This document shows positions 33,619-41,830 of a stretch of 61,574 nt of DNA, one piece after another. The notes under the pieces were generated by a model. It searched no databases and was not told where the DNA came from. It saw only the letters and a program-made list of their open reading frames with translations. Source of the DNA: Thermoanaerobaculia bacterium (GTDB lineage Bacteria > Acidobacteriota > Thermoanaerobaculia > UBA5066 > Gp7-AA6); NCBI GenBank assembly GCA_033853815.1, contig JAWOLE010000065.1, positions 1-61,574 of the forward strand. Reading direction: 5' to 3'. The position numbers and the translations under genes are program-made. The stretch's first letter is position 1. Every line of letters begins with the position of its first letter.

Positions 33619-33678
33619 AGACAAACAACGTCCGAGCCTCGATCCGAAAACAGCGGAGCGTTGACGACGCGAGTCTGT

Positions 33679-33758
33679 CCCACTTCGTTCGCGGCGCGCG
33701 GTCTTAGCTCTCGTAGCAGAAACTCTCGGCGCCGGTCGCGTAGCGACCGCCCGCGCCG
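33679..33758 (+). repeat. Family-1 element, copy d (modules M1+M2)
   Basis: CCCACTTCGTTCGCGGCGCGCGGTCTTAGCTCTCGTAGCAGAAACTCTCGGCGCCGGTCGCGTAGCGACCGCCCGCGCCG. Nearly identical to copy c and in the same orientation. Confidence 0.9.
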
Positions 33759-33762
33759 GAAG

Positions 33763-34155
33763 TCACCAGACGAAGGAGCGTTCGGCCGAGCGGATGAGGG
33801 AGATGGCGGTGGGCCAGCCCACGAGCTCGTCCACGCTCGCGGCGAGTGTCTGCCGGTCGAGCCTCCGGTTGACCATCGAGGCGGAGCACGCAAGAAACCG
33901 CACGCTTCCCGTCTCGCGCGCTTCGCGCAGCAGGCGGCCGGCGCCGCCGGATTCCCCCTGCTCCTCCGACAAACGCCCCGACACGAGGGCCTCCAGGGCC
34001 GCGTCGAACCAGATGAGCGTCACGTCGATGCCGAGGGAGACCGCGGCCGCGGTCATGGCGGCGGCCTCGTAGAGCACCTCTTCGGCGTCGCGCTGGAGGA
34101 GCAGCACCCAGAAGGGCCGCGGCGGCGCGGCCGTCTTCTCCCGCCAGCCGGTCAT
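33763..34155 (-). CDS. Small DsrE/DsrF-like protein (weak call)
   Basis: 130-aa product from ATG 34155, which overlaps the PHP gene stop (ATGA). Size and alternating beta/alpha character with LACSAS resemble the DsrE family. The upstream part of the track ORF is an Arg-rich artefact. Confidence 0.45.
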   Translation of the reverse strand: MTGWREKTAAPPRPFWVLLLQRDAEEVLYEAAAMTAAAVSLGIDVTLIWFDAALEALVSGRLSEEQGESGGAGRLLREARETGSVRFLACSASMVNRRLDRQTLAASVDELVGWPTAISLIRSAERSFVW

Positions 34156-34976
34156 CGCCGGCGCGCGCGCGCGCGCAGGAGCCCGAGCATCTCGGCCGTG
34201 CCGACCACCCCGCCCGGATGTTTTCGCCCCTCCGGGACGCCGTGGAAGTCGCTGCCGGCCGTCACGAGCAGACCGAGCTCGTGGGCGAGGCTCCCGAACC
34301 GGGCCTCCTCTTCGGGCCCGTGGTCCGGGTGGAAGACCTCGAGAGCGTCCAGTCCGCCACCGGCCAGGGCTCGGATGAGGCGCTCCGAGTCCCTGTACCA
34401 GACGGCGTGCGCGAGCGAGGAGACCCCTCCCGCTTCCCGGATGGCTTCCAGTACCTCGAGCGCGGCCCACTTCGTCGAGGGGACGTACCAGGGATGTTCG
34501 CGGCCGAGAAAACGCTTGAAGGCCTCGTCGTGCGAGGGGGCATGTCCGGCGCGCACGAGAGCGCGCGCCAGATGGGGCCTTCCCCAGACGCCGTCGCCGA
34601 CGTCCTGGCGGATCGCCTCCAGGTCGATCGGATAGCCGGCTTCGACGAGCTTCTCCGCCATCAGCTCGCCTCGCCGGCGCCGGTTCTCCTGCCGCTCGGC
34701 CAGGCGCGCGTTGAAGCGGCCGTCGCGCTCGTCCACGAAGAGGGCGAGGATGTGGACGTCGTCCTGCCCCTGGAACTCCGCCGAAACTTCGGCGCCCGGG
34801 ATGAGATCCAGCCCGAATCTCTCCGCTTCCGCGCGCGCCTCCGGCAGGCCCTGCAAGGTGTCGTGGTCAGTCAACGCGAAGGCCTCGAGGCCGGCGTCCC
34901 TCATCTTGCGAACCAGCTCCGCCGGCGAATCGAGCCCGTCCGACACCGAGGAGTGAGAGTGGAAGTCTACGCGCAC
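34152..34976 (-). CDS. PHP-domain metal-dependent phosphoesterase
   Basis: MRVDFHSHSSVSDG, ALTDHDT, later His/Asp ligand blocks. GTG start at 34976. Confidence 0.85.
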   Translation of the reverse strand: MRVDFHSHSSVSDGLDSPAELVRKMRDAGLEAFALTDHDTLQGLPEARAEAERFGLDLIPGAEVSAEFQGQDDVHILALFVDERDGRFNARLAERQENRRRRGELMAEKLVEAGYPIDLEAIRQDVGDGVWGRPHLARALVRAGHAPSHDEAFKRFLGREHPWYVPSTKWAALEVLEAIREAGGVSSLAHAVWYRDSERLIRALAGGGLDALEVFHPDHGPEEEARFGSLAHELGLLVTAGSDFHGVPEGRKHPGGVVGTAEMLGLLRARARRR

Positions 34977-34994
34977 GGTGGGATCTTAAGGGAA

Positions 34995-35146
34995 AAGGTG
35001 TCAGGGAACAGGTGCCAGGTCAAAGGCAGGTGCCAGGTGTCAGGTATCAGGTAGCAGGGACGAGAGCCAAGCCCCGGCCCCGGACACCTGAAACCTGACA
35101 CCTGAAACCTGCATCTCCCCTGACACCTTCTAACCTGACACCTACA
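34995..35146. repeat. Inverted heptamer arrays CAGGTGN x~9 (34995-35061) and CCTGAMA x~8 (35083-35146)
   Basis: CAGG recurs every 7 nt (35002, 09, 16 ... 35027, 34, 41, 48, 55). CCTG recurs at 35087, 94, 101, 108, 119, 126, 134, 141. Fills the divergent PHP/polX spacer. Confidence 0.9.
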
Positions 35147-35155
35147 ATCCTTCCC

Positions 35156-36889
35156 ATGGACCGGCAGGCCGTGGCCCGGGTGCTCGAAGAGATTGCCGCG
35201 ATGCTGGAGATGGCCGGCGAGAATCCCTTCAAGATTCGCGCTTACGAGGCGGGCGCGCGGGCCATCCAGACCTTTTCCGGAGACCTCGAGGCCGCGATCG
35301 CGAGCCGCCGGCTGCTCGAGGTGCCGGGGATCGGGCAGGGCCTCTTCGCGAACATCGAGAAGCTCGTCACGACCGGATCGCTTCCCTACTACGACGAACT
35401 GCGCGCGCGGTTTCCCCCCGGGCTGCGCGAGTGTTTGAGGATCCCGGGACTGGGGGCCCGCAAGCTCCGGCTTCTCCACGAGACCCTCGGCGTCGATTCG
35501 CTGGAGGCGCTGGAGAGAGCCTGCCAGGAGGGCAGGCTCGCCGGCGTCAAGGGGTTCTCCGCGGCCGGCGCGGAAAAGATCCTGAAAGGGATCGCGCTCG
35601 CCCGCGCGGGCGCCGGGCTCCACCGCTATCCGAAGGCCCGCCGGCGCGCCGAGGAAATCCGCGAGGCGCTCGCCGCGACCGCTCTCGCGTCGTCCCTGGA
35701 GATCGCGGGAAGCCTGCGCCGCAAGAAGGAGATCGTCCGCGATCTCGACATCGTGGCCGCCTCGCCGCAGCCCGCGCGCCTCTCCGAGGCCTTCCGGAAC
35801 CTTCCGGACGCGGCGGAGGTCCTCGCCGAGGGCCCGACGAAGACCTCCGTCCGGTTCGCCGACCGGTTCGCCGCCGACCTTCGCGTCGTGTCGGAGGCCG
35901 AGTTTCCGGCGGCGCTCCTCTACTTCACCGGATCTGAAGAGCACAACACGCTGCTGCGCGGCCGGGCGAAGCAGCTCGACCTGAAGCTGAACGAGTATGG
36001 CCTCTTTGGACAGGGCGGGCCGGTGGCGGGCGCCAGCGAGGCGGAGATCTACGGAGCGCTCGGCCTCTCCTACATAGAGCCGGAGCTGCGCGAGGGGTGG
36101 GGCGAGATCGAGGCGGCCGAGCGCGGCAAGCTTCCTCGCCTGGTGGAAGAACGCGACCTGCGCGGCGTGATTCACCTGCACACGACGGAGTCGGATGGGC
36201 GCGACAGCCTGGAGGCCATGCTCGCCGCCGCCCGGGACGCCGGATACTCCTACGCGGCGATCACCGACCACAGCAAGAGCGCGGCCTATGCCGGGGGCCT
36301 CGACGAGGCGAGGGTGCTGTCCCAGCGCGAAGAGATCCGGGCGATCCGTCCGCGTTTCCCGGGCCTGCGCATCTTCCACGGCACCGAGGCCGACATCCTG
36401 CCCGACGGGTCGATCGACTACGGCGACGAGTTCCTGAGGGGCTTCGACCTCGTCGTGGCCTCGGTCCATTCGAGGTTCGGCCTTCCAAGAGAGGACCAGA
36501 CCCGCCGGCTCATCCGGGCGGTGCGCAATCCCTTCGTCTCGATCCTGGGCCACGCGAGCGGGCGGCTGTTGCTCTCCCGCGACCCGCTCGAGGCCGACTG
36601 GGATGCCGTGCTCGTGGCCGCCGCAGAATCCGGCTGCGCCATGGAGATCAACTGCAACCCGGAGAGGCTCGACCTCGACTGGCGCCTCTGCCGCCAGGCC
36701 GTCCGCGCCGGCATCCTCCTCTCAATCGACCCGGACGCCCACTCCGTCGCCGAGATCGGCCTGGTGTCTCTGGGCGTCGGCATCGCCCGCAAGGGCTGGG
36801 TCACCCGGGAAACCGCGCTGAACGCGAAGAGCGCCGAAGAGTTGGAAGCCTGGCTCGTCCGGAGGCGCGGGGAGCCATTGCCGGATTGA
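35156..36889 (+). CDS. polX: Family X DNA polymerase with C-terminal PHP domain
   Basis: N-terminal HhH/Pol-beta-like region (ENPFKIRAYE, VPGIG), DLDIV nucleotidyltransferase block, C-terminal IHLHTTESDGR and ITDHS. Confidence 0.92.
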   Translation: MDRQAVARVLEEIAAMLEMAGENPFKIRAYEAGARAIQTFSGDLEAAIASRRLLEVPGIGQGLFANIEKLVTTGSLPYYDELRARFPPGLRECLRIPGLGARKLRLLHETLGVDSLEALERACQEGRLAGVKGFSAAGAEKILKGIALARAGAGLHRYPKARRRAEEIREALAATALASSLEIAGSLRRKKEIVRDLDIVAASPQPARLSEAFRNLPDAAEVLAEGPTKTSVRFADRFAADLRVVSEAEFPAALLYFTGSEEHNTLLRGRAKQLDLKLNEYGLFGQGGPVAGASEAEIYGALGLSYIEPELREGWGEIEAAERGKLPRLVEERDLRGVIHLHTTESDGRDSLEAMLAAARDAGYSYAAITDHSKSAAYAGGLDEARVLSQREEIRAIRPRFPGLRIFHGTEADILPDGSIDYGDEFLRGFDLVVASVHSRFGLPREDQTRRLIRAVRNPFVSILGHASGRLLLSRDPLEADWDAVLVAAAESGCAMEINCNPERLDLDWRLCRQAVRAGILLSIDPDAHSVAEIGLVSLGVGIARKGWVTRETALNAKSAEELEAWLVRRRGEPLPD

Positions 36890-36912
36890 CGATTGAGGAT
36901 TCCAGGATTGGG
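36884..36912. repeat. 7-8 nt array GATTGAN x4
   Basis: gattgac gattgag gattccag gattggg. The first unit contains the polX stop TGA (36887-36889). Confidence 0.85.
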
Positions 36913-36919
36913 CGGCCCC

Positions 36920-36952
36920 TTGACTTTTAATAAATAAATGTATATTTATTTA
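36920..36952 (+). promoter_or_regulatory. Putative tetR promoter (TTGACT -35, TATATT/TATTTA -10) overlapped by a 9-4-9 palindromic operator
   Basis: TTGACT at 36920-36925. TAAATAAAT (36931-36939) gtat ATTTATTTA (36944-36952) is a perfect inverted repeat. The ATG at 36957 is only about 9 nt after the -10, implying a leaderless or near-leaderless mRNA. Confidence 0.55.
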
Positions 36953-36956
36953 GTCC

Positions 36957-37604
36957 ATGGGGAGGCCGGAGAGGGTCACGCGGGAGCAGGTCCTGGCGCA
37001 GGCGCGGCGGGCGTTTGCCGAACGGGGCTTCGATGGGACGACGCTCGCGGACATCGGCGCGCGCCTGGGCGTCTCCCCCGCGGCGCTGCTGCGCCACGCC
37101 CCCTCCAAGGAAGCGCTCTTCGCCCTGGCGATGGAGTCGGAGCCGGCCGGCGAGGCCCTCCCGACCGATTTCCTGGCGTCGGTCTCTGTCGGCGAGGACC
37201 CGGCGCGCGTCCTCCGGAAGCTCGCCCGCGAGTTCATCCCGTTCATCGAGTTGAAGATGGGGGAGAACATCGCCCGCTTCCTGCGAGCCCGCAACGAGGA
37301 GGAAGCCCGGACGATCCGGCTCCCCTTCGACCCCCGCAAGAAGACCGCCCCTCCGGCCCGGGCGATTCGCGCTCTTGAGGCCTACCTTCGCCGTGCGCGC
37401 GAGGCCGGCTCGGTCTCGGTCCGCAGCGCCCGGGCGGCCGCGCTCGCGTTCCTGGGGTCGCTGCAGTCCTACGTCTTCCTGCACCGCGTCCTGCGAATCG
37501 AGCCGCCGATCCCGCTCGAGGGATACCTGGACACGGTGATCGACATCTGGAGGCGCGGAGCGATACGCGGGAGAACCGAAACCCGCGGGAGACACGAGAC
37601 ATGA
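36957..37604 (+). CDS. TetR-family transcriptional regulator
   Basis: N-terminal HTH RRAFAERGFDGTTLADIGARLGVSPAALLRHAPSKEALF. Confidence 0.88.
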   Translation: MGRPERVTREQVLAQARRAFAERGFDGTTLADIGARLGVSPAALLRHAPSKEALFALAMESEPAGEALPTDFLASVSVGEDPARVLRKLAREFIPFIELKMGENIARFLRARNEEEARTIRLPFDPRKKTAPPARAIRALEAYLRRAREAGSVSVRSARAAALAFLGSLQSYVFLHRVLRIEPPIPLEGYLDTVIDIWRRGAIRGRTETRGRHET

Positions 37605-38536
37605 AACGCAGAAGGACGATCCTCCTCGTCCTCCTGGTCCTGGCCGCCGCCGGCGCGCTCGGCTGGTGGCTCGGGGTGCGGAAGAAGGAGAAGCCGCTCC
37701 TTCTCTCGGGAGCGATCGAGGCGCGCGACGTCGAGGTGGGCTCGCTTCTGGGAGGCCGCGTCGCGAAGATCCTCGTCGAGGAGGGCTCGCGGGTCTCCGC
37801 CGGCCAGCCGATCGTCCAGTTCGAGACCGACCTCGTCGATCTGCAGATCCAGCAGCAGAAGGCCAAGGTCGAACAGGCGCGGGCCAACCTCGTCAAGGCT
37901 CTGCGGGGCCCCCGCGTCGAGGAGATCGCGAGCGCCCGGGCGCAGGCGCAGAATGCCGAGAAGGAGAGGCTCCGCCAGAAGGTCCTCCTCGAGAAAGGAG
38001 TCACGCCCCAGCAGAATTACGATGCCGCCGCCACGCAGGCGAAGACGTCCCTCGAGGCGCTCAAGGAGCTGGAGAGGGGAAACCGCCCCGAGGACATCGC
38101 CGCGGCGCGGGCGACGCTGGAGGCCGAAGAGAGGCAGTTGGGTTATCTCGAGCGCCAGAGGGCGGAGTCCGTCGTCACGGCGCCGGCCGCGGGGGTCATC
38201 GAGTCGATGGACCTGCGCCCGGGGGACCTCGTTCCTCCCAACCAGCCCGTCGCCAAGATGCTCGAGCCCTCACAGCTCTGGGTGCGCGTCTACGTCCCCG
38301 AACCGCAGCTCGGGCGTGTGCGCGTGGGCCAGAGAGCCGCCCTGACGGTGGACACGTTTCCGAAGAAGGAGTTTCCGGGGAAGGTCGTCGAGATCCGGAC
38401 CCAGTCGGAGTACACGCCTCGCAACGTGCAGACGCTCGATCAGCGCATGGACCAGGTCTTCGGCGTGAAGGTGGCCATCGATCCGTCGCCGGAGCTGAAG
38501 CCGGGCATGGCGGCCACGGTAAGGCTCGTGGAGTAA
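37601..38536 (+). CDS. HlyD-family membrane fusion / periplasmic adaptor protein
   Basis: Single N-terminal TM, coiled-coil hairpin, beta-barrel C-terminus. The ATG overlaps the tetR stop (ATGA). Confidence 0.85.
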   Translation: MKRRRTILLVLLVLAAAGALGWWLGVRKKEKPLLLSGAIEARDVEVGSLLGGRVAKILVEEGSRVSAGQPIVQFETDLVDLQIQQQKAKVEQARANLVKALRGPRVEEIASARAQAQNAEKERLRQKVLLEKGVTPQQNYDAAATQAKTSLEALKELERGNRPEDIAAARATLEAEERQLGYLERQRAESVVTAPAAGVIESMDLRPGDLVPPNQPVAKMLEPSQLWVRVYVPEPQLGRVRVGQRAALTVDTFPKKEFPGKVVEIRTQSEYTPRNVQTLDQRMDQVFGVKVAIDPSPELKPGMAATVRLVE

Positions 38537-38540
38537 GAGA

Positions 38541-38579
38541 GTGCGAGGTGCGAGACAAGCGCGAAGTGCGAGACGCGAG
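38541..38579. repeat. Heptamer array GTGCGAG (4 units, one 11-nt interruption)
   Basis: gtgcgag gtgcgag acaagcgcgaa gtgcgag acgcgag, directly after the hlyD-family stop. Confidence 0.8.
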
Positions 38580-38606
38580 GTTCTAGTGGTATGTGACATT
38601 CGAATC

Positions 38607-38987
38607 GGTGGTGGCGGAAGGCCCGCCCCGGAGCCTGCGGCGTTCCCTGCCGGGGCACGCTCGCGCAGGCCGTTACTGGAAGAACCGGCGCTCGCTGAGG
38701 GCTCCTCGCAGTCTCAGCTTGGTGCCGGCCGCATCATTCCATGCTCGTCACCCATCACCCCGTACGGGAACGCCTCCGGCTCCGGGGCTCCAATCCGGCG
38801 TATCGCCTCGCTGGAGCCACGGCGGCGGCGGAACCTCCCGGAGGAGGCCATGAGCGAAGGAGCACACGGCAGACTCTCCTTCGCCACGCTGCCCGTGCGA
38901 CTGAGCGACGAGCGACGGCCCGGAACTCTTCTGCGCGGCCGGGCCGGAGCGTGCCGACGAGGGAGGGCGCAGCCGACGCCGTGGTGG
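38607..38987 (+). repeat. Family-2 element, copy B
   Basis: Termini CCCTGCCGGGGCACGC (38645-38660) and GCGTGCCGACGAGGG (38949-38963). Internal blocks are shared with copies A and C. Flanked by GTGGTGG direct repeats (38608-38614, 38981-38987). Confidence 0.85.
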
Positions 38988-39068
38988 ATTCGAAAGGGAG
39001 TTCATTCCCGCCGGCCGGTATCGATTCAGCTGTTACATGGAGCTAGGTCAATGAGCCGAACAGGGATC

Positions 39069-39104
39069 GAACTGGCGAACTTAGAACTTGGAACCTAGAA
39101 CTTC
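39069..39104. repeat. Heptamer array GAACYTN x5
   Basis: gaactgg c gaactta gaacttg gaaccta gaacttc, 13 nt upstream of the ABC ATPase ATG. Confidence 0.85.
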
Positions 39105-39116
39105 GCACTATCGATC

Positions 39117-40115
39117 ATGTCTGAACAACAGCAGCGCGACTACGGCATCATCGTCGAGGGCGTCTCCCGCGACTTCGGGCCGGTTCGCGCGCTCGACAAG
39201 GTCTCGCTCCACGTGCCGCGCGGCGAGATCTATGGCCTGCTCGGCCCCAACGGCTCGGGAAAATCGACGCTGATCCGCATCCTCTGCGGCCTCCTCGTCC
39301 CGACCGAGGGGCAGGCCTTCGTCGACGGCCTCGATGTCGCGAAGGAGGGAGAAGAGGTCCGCCGCCGGATCGGATACGTCCCGCAGAAGTTTTCCCTCTA
39401 TGAGGACCTGACCGTTCTCGAGAACCTGAACTTTTTCGCGTCCGTCTACGGCCTGAAGAACGCGCAGTTGAAGGAGCGCCGCGAGTGGGCGATCGGGCTG
39501 ACATCGATCGGCCCCTACCGGCAGCGGCTGGCGGCCCAGCTCTCCGGAGGCTGGAAGCAGCGCCTGGCCCTCGCCGCTTCGCTCATGCACCGCCCGCGCG
39601 TGCTCTTCCTCGACGAGCCGACGGCCGGAATCGACCCCGTCGCCCGCCGGGAGCTCTGGAACCTTCTCTTCACGCTCGCCGGCGAGGGAGTGACGCTGCT
39701 CGTTTCCACGCATTACATGGACGAGGCGGAGCGCTGCGGCCGCGTGGCCTACCTCTACCTCTCACGAATGCTCGTCGAAGGAGACCCGGCGGACCTGACG
39801 AAGCTTCCCGAGATCACTCCGGCGGGGACGCGGCGCGTGGAAGCCGACTGCGAGGAGGGCGCCGCCGCCGTCATGAGCCAGGCGCGCAGCCTCCCCTACG
39901 TCGAGGACGTCACGATCTTCGGCAACGCCCTGCACCTCCTGGTGAAAGCCGAGGTCGCCGACGACAGGATCGCGCGCGACCTCGAGGAGGCCTCGCACGC
40001 CAAAGTCACGATCCGGCCGATCGAGGCCTCGCTCGAGGACGTCTTCGTCCGGCTGACGAGGCTCCAGATCGAGCAGCGCGGCGAGATCCCGGCCGCGGCG
40101 GAGGCGACGCGATGA
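39117..40115 (+). CDS. ABC-2-type transporter ATP-binding protein
   Basis: GLLGPNGSGKST, LSGGWKQRLALA, LFLDEPTAGIDP. Confidence 0.92.
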   Translation: MSEQQQRDYGIIVEGVSRDFGPVRALDKVSLHVPRGEIYGLLGPNGSGKSTLIRILCGLLVPTEGQAFVDGLDVAKEGEEVRRRIGYVPQKFSLYEDLTVLENLNFFASVYGLKNAQLKERREWAIGLTSIGPYRQRLAAQLSGGWKQRLALAASLMHRPRVLFLDEPTAGIDPVARRELWNLLFTLAGEGVTLLVSTHYMDEAERCGRVAYLYLSRMLVEGDPADLTKLPEITPAGTRRVEADCEEGAAAVMSQARSLPYVEDVTIFGNALHLLVKAEVADDRIARDLEEASHAKVTIRPIEASLEDVFVRLTRLQIEQRGEIPAAAEATR

Positions 40116-41218
40116 GAGGCTTCCTGCCGGTCTTGAAGAAAGAGGCGATGCAGATGATCCGGGACCGCGGGACGCTCCAGTTCGCTCTTTTCGTCCCCGC
40201 CATCCAGCTCGTGCTCTTCGGCGTGATCGACACCAACGTCAAGCACGTCCGCACCGTCGTCTTCGATCAGAGCCGAACCCAGGAGAGCCGCCAGCTCCTG
40301 AACGATTTCGTCAACACGAGCTACTTCGACATCGTGGGTTACGCCCCCTCGGATGCGGCCCTGAAGGAGGCGATCGTGGCGGGCCACGCCTCGACCGGAG
40401 TCGAGATCCCGCCGGACTACGCCCGCCGGCGCCTGAACGGCGAGCCGGCCGACGTCCTGGTCCTGATCGACGGCTCGGACTCGACAATCTCCAGCGCGGC
40501 CCTCGCCGCGGCCAACGGAGTCGCCTTCGCGCGGTCGGCAACGGAGCTGGCCGAGCGCGCCGGCGCGAAGGACCTTCCCATCCGCACGCACCCGCTCTTG
40601 CTCTTCAACCCCGACTCGAGGAGCGCCAACCTCCTGATCCCCGGCCTCGTGGCGGTCCTGCTGACGTTCTCGGGCACCCTACTCGCGGCCTTCGCGATCG
40701 TCCGCGAGCGGGAGCGGGGGACGCTCGAACAGCTCATGGTGACGCCCGCCTCGCCTGTCGCCGTCGTGCTCGGGAAGCTCCTCCCCTATCTCGCCCTGGC
40801 CTTCATGCAGCTGCTCTTCGTCCTGTTCCTCATGACGGTCGTCTTCCGCGTGCCGATCCACGGGAGCCTCCCGCTGCTGCTCGGTCTCTCGGCCATCTAC
40901 CTCTTCGCGCTGCTCTCGATGGGCCTGCTCGTCTCCTCGCACGCGCGCACGCAAATGGAAGCGATCCAGCTCTCGCAGATGCTGCTCCTCCCCTCGATCA
41001 TGCTCTCCGGATACATCTTCCCTCTCTCCTCGCTCCCGGCCGCCCTGCGCGTGGTCTCCCAGGTCCTCCCCGCCACGCACTTCATCGCGATCGCTCGCGG
41101 CGTCATCATCCGGGGGGCAAGCTTCGGCGATCTCTGGCAGAGCGTGGCGGCGCTCCTCGTGATCGCCGCGGTCCTCGTCGCGGGGAGCACGCGGGCCTTC
41201 CACAAGACCATCACGTAA
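40112..41218 (+). CDS. ABC-2-type transporter permease
   Basis: MRGFLPVLKKEAMQMIRDRGTLQF start overlaps the ATPase stop (ATGA). One N-terminal TM, a large loop, and five C-terminal TMs. Confidence 0.85.
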   Translation: MRGFLPVLKKEAMQMIRDRGTLQFALFVPAIQLVLFGVIDTNVKHVRTVVFDQSRTQESRQLLNDFVNTSYFDIVGYAPSDAALKEAIVAGHASTGVEIPPDYARRRLNGEPADVLVLIDGSDSTISSAALAAANGVAFARSATELAERAGAKDLPIRTHPLLLFNPDSRSANLLIPGLVAVLLTFSGTLLAAFAIVRERERGTLEQLMVTPASPVAVVLGKLLPYLALAFMQLLFVLFLMTVVFRVPIHGSLPLLLGLSAIYLFALLSMGLLVSSHARTQMEAIQLSQMLLLPSIMLSGYIFPLSSLPAALRVVSQVLPATHFIAIARGVIIRGASFGDLWQSVAALLVIAAVLVAGSTRAFHKTIT

Positions 41219-41219
41219 G

Positions 41220-41304
41220 AATCGGGCGATCGGCTGATCGAGCCATCGGGCGATCGACGCGAGCCCTCAATCACCCGATCACCCGATCGCAGATCACCCG
41301 ATGG
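41220..41304. repeat. Octamer arrays GATCGRNC x5 (41220-41260) and ATCACCCG-type x4 (41269-41304)
   Basis: ATCG(G/A) recurs at 41221, 29, 37, 45 and 53. ATCAC/ATCGC recurs at 41270, 78, 86 and 93. The arms are partly complementary (GATCGGG / CCCGATC). Confidence 0.88.
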
Positions 41305-41365
41305 AAACGATAGAATCACCGCCCGGCGACTTGCGCCGCCGCAAATGGCTGGAAGGAGCGACCCC

Positions 41366-41830
41366 ATGACTCATTTGAAGCCCGGCGACATGGCCCCCGA
41401 TTTCACGCTCCCCTCGACAGTGGGAGAGAAGGTCACCCTCTCCGACTTCCGGGGCAAGAAGAATGTCCTGCTGCTCTTCTATCCCCTGGATTTCTCGCCG
41501 ACCTGTTCGAAGGAGACCAAGCTCTGCGCCGAGATCCTTCCGACGAAAGGAGGGGATGATGTCGAGGTCCTCGGCATCTCGGTCGACTCCCTCTGGGCGC
41601 ACAAGGCCTTCGCCCCGCACAACGGGATCACCTATCCCCTGCTCGCGGACTTCCATCCCAAGGGGGAGGTCTCGAAGAAGTACGGCGTCTACCTGGAGGA
41701 CCGCGGCTTCTCGGCCCGCACGGCCTTCATCATCGGCAAGGATGGCAGGATCAAGGAGATCGTCACGAGCGACATCCCGGTCGCCCGCGACATCGTCAAG
41801 CTGGTCGAGAGGACCCGGGCCGCCGCATGA
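41366..41830 (+). CDS. Peroxiredoxin (AhpC/TSA, Bcp/AhpE-like)
   Basis: GGAAGGAG RBS then ATG 41366. [11 protein letters not shown] and the peroxidatic Cys block [10 protein letters not shown]. Confidence 0.88.
   Translation: MTHLKPGDMAPDFTLPSTVGEKVTLSDFRGKKNVLLLFYPLDFSPTCSKETKLCAEILPTKGGDDVEVLGISVDSLWAHKAFAPHNGITYPLLADFHPKGEVSKKYGVYLEDRGFSARTAFIIGKDGRIKEIVTSDIPVARDIVKLVERTRAAA

Noticed and set aside
38975-38996. tRNA-like T-arm strings (GTGGTGGATTCGAAAGG here, CACGGTTCAATCAG at about 47683).
   Set aside because: No acceptor stem, anticodon arm or D-arm can be drawn around them. They sit at the edges of the family-2 elements.
38850-39098. A small ORF with an apparent SD and ATG (GGAGGAGGCCATGAGCGAAGGAGCAC, MSEGAHGRLSF...) is conserved in the family-2 elements. 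The counterparts are 18023..18232 minus and the start of 47537..50923.
   Set aside because: The three copies share nucleotide blocks, but small indels change the frame after about 25 codons. The third copy has TTG AGA in place of ATG AGC, and the products are dissimilar, non-hydrophobic and Arg-rich. Conservation is at the nucleotide level, so this is not a protein.
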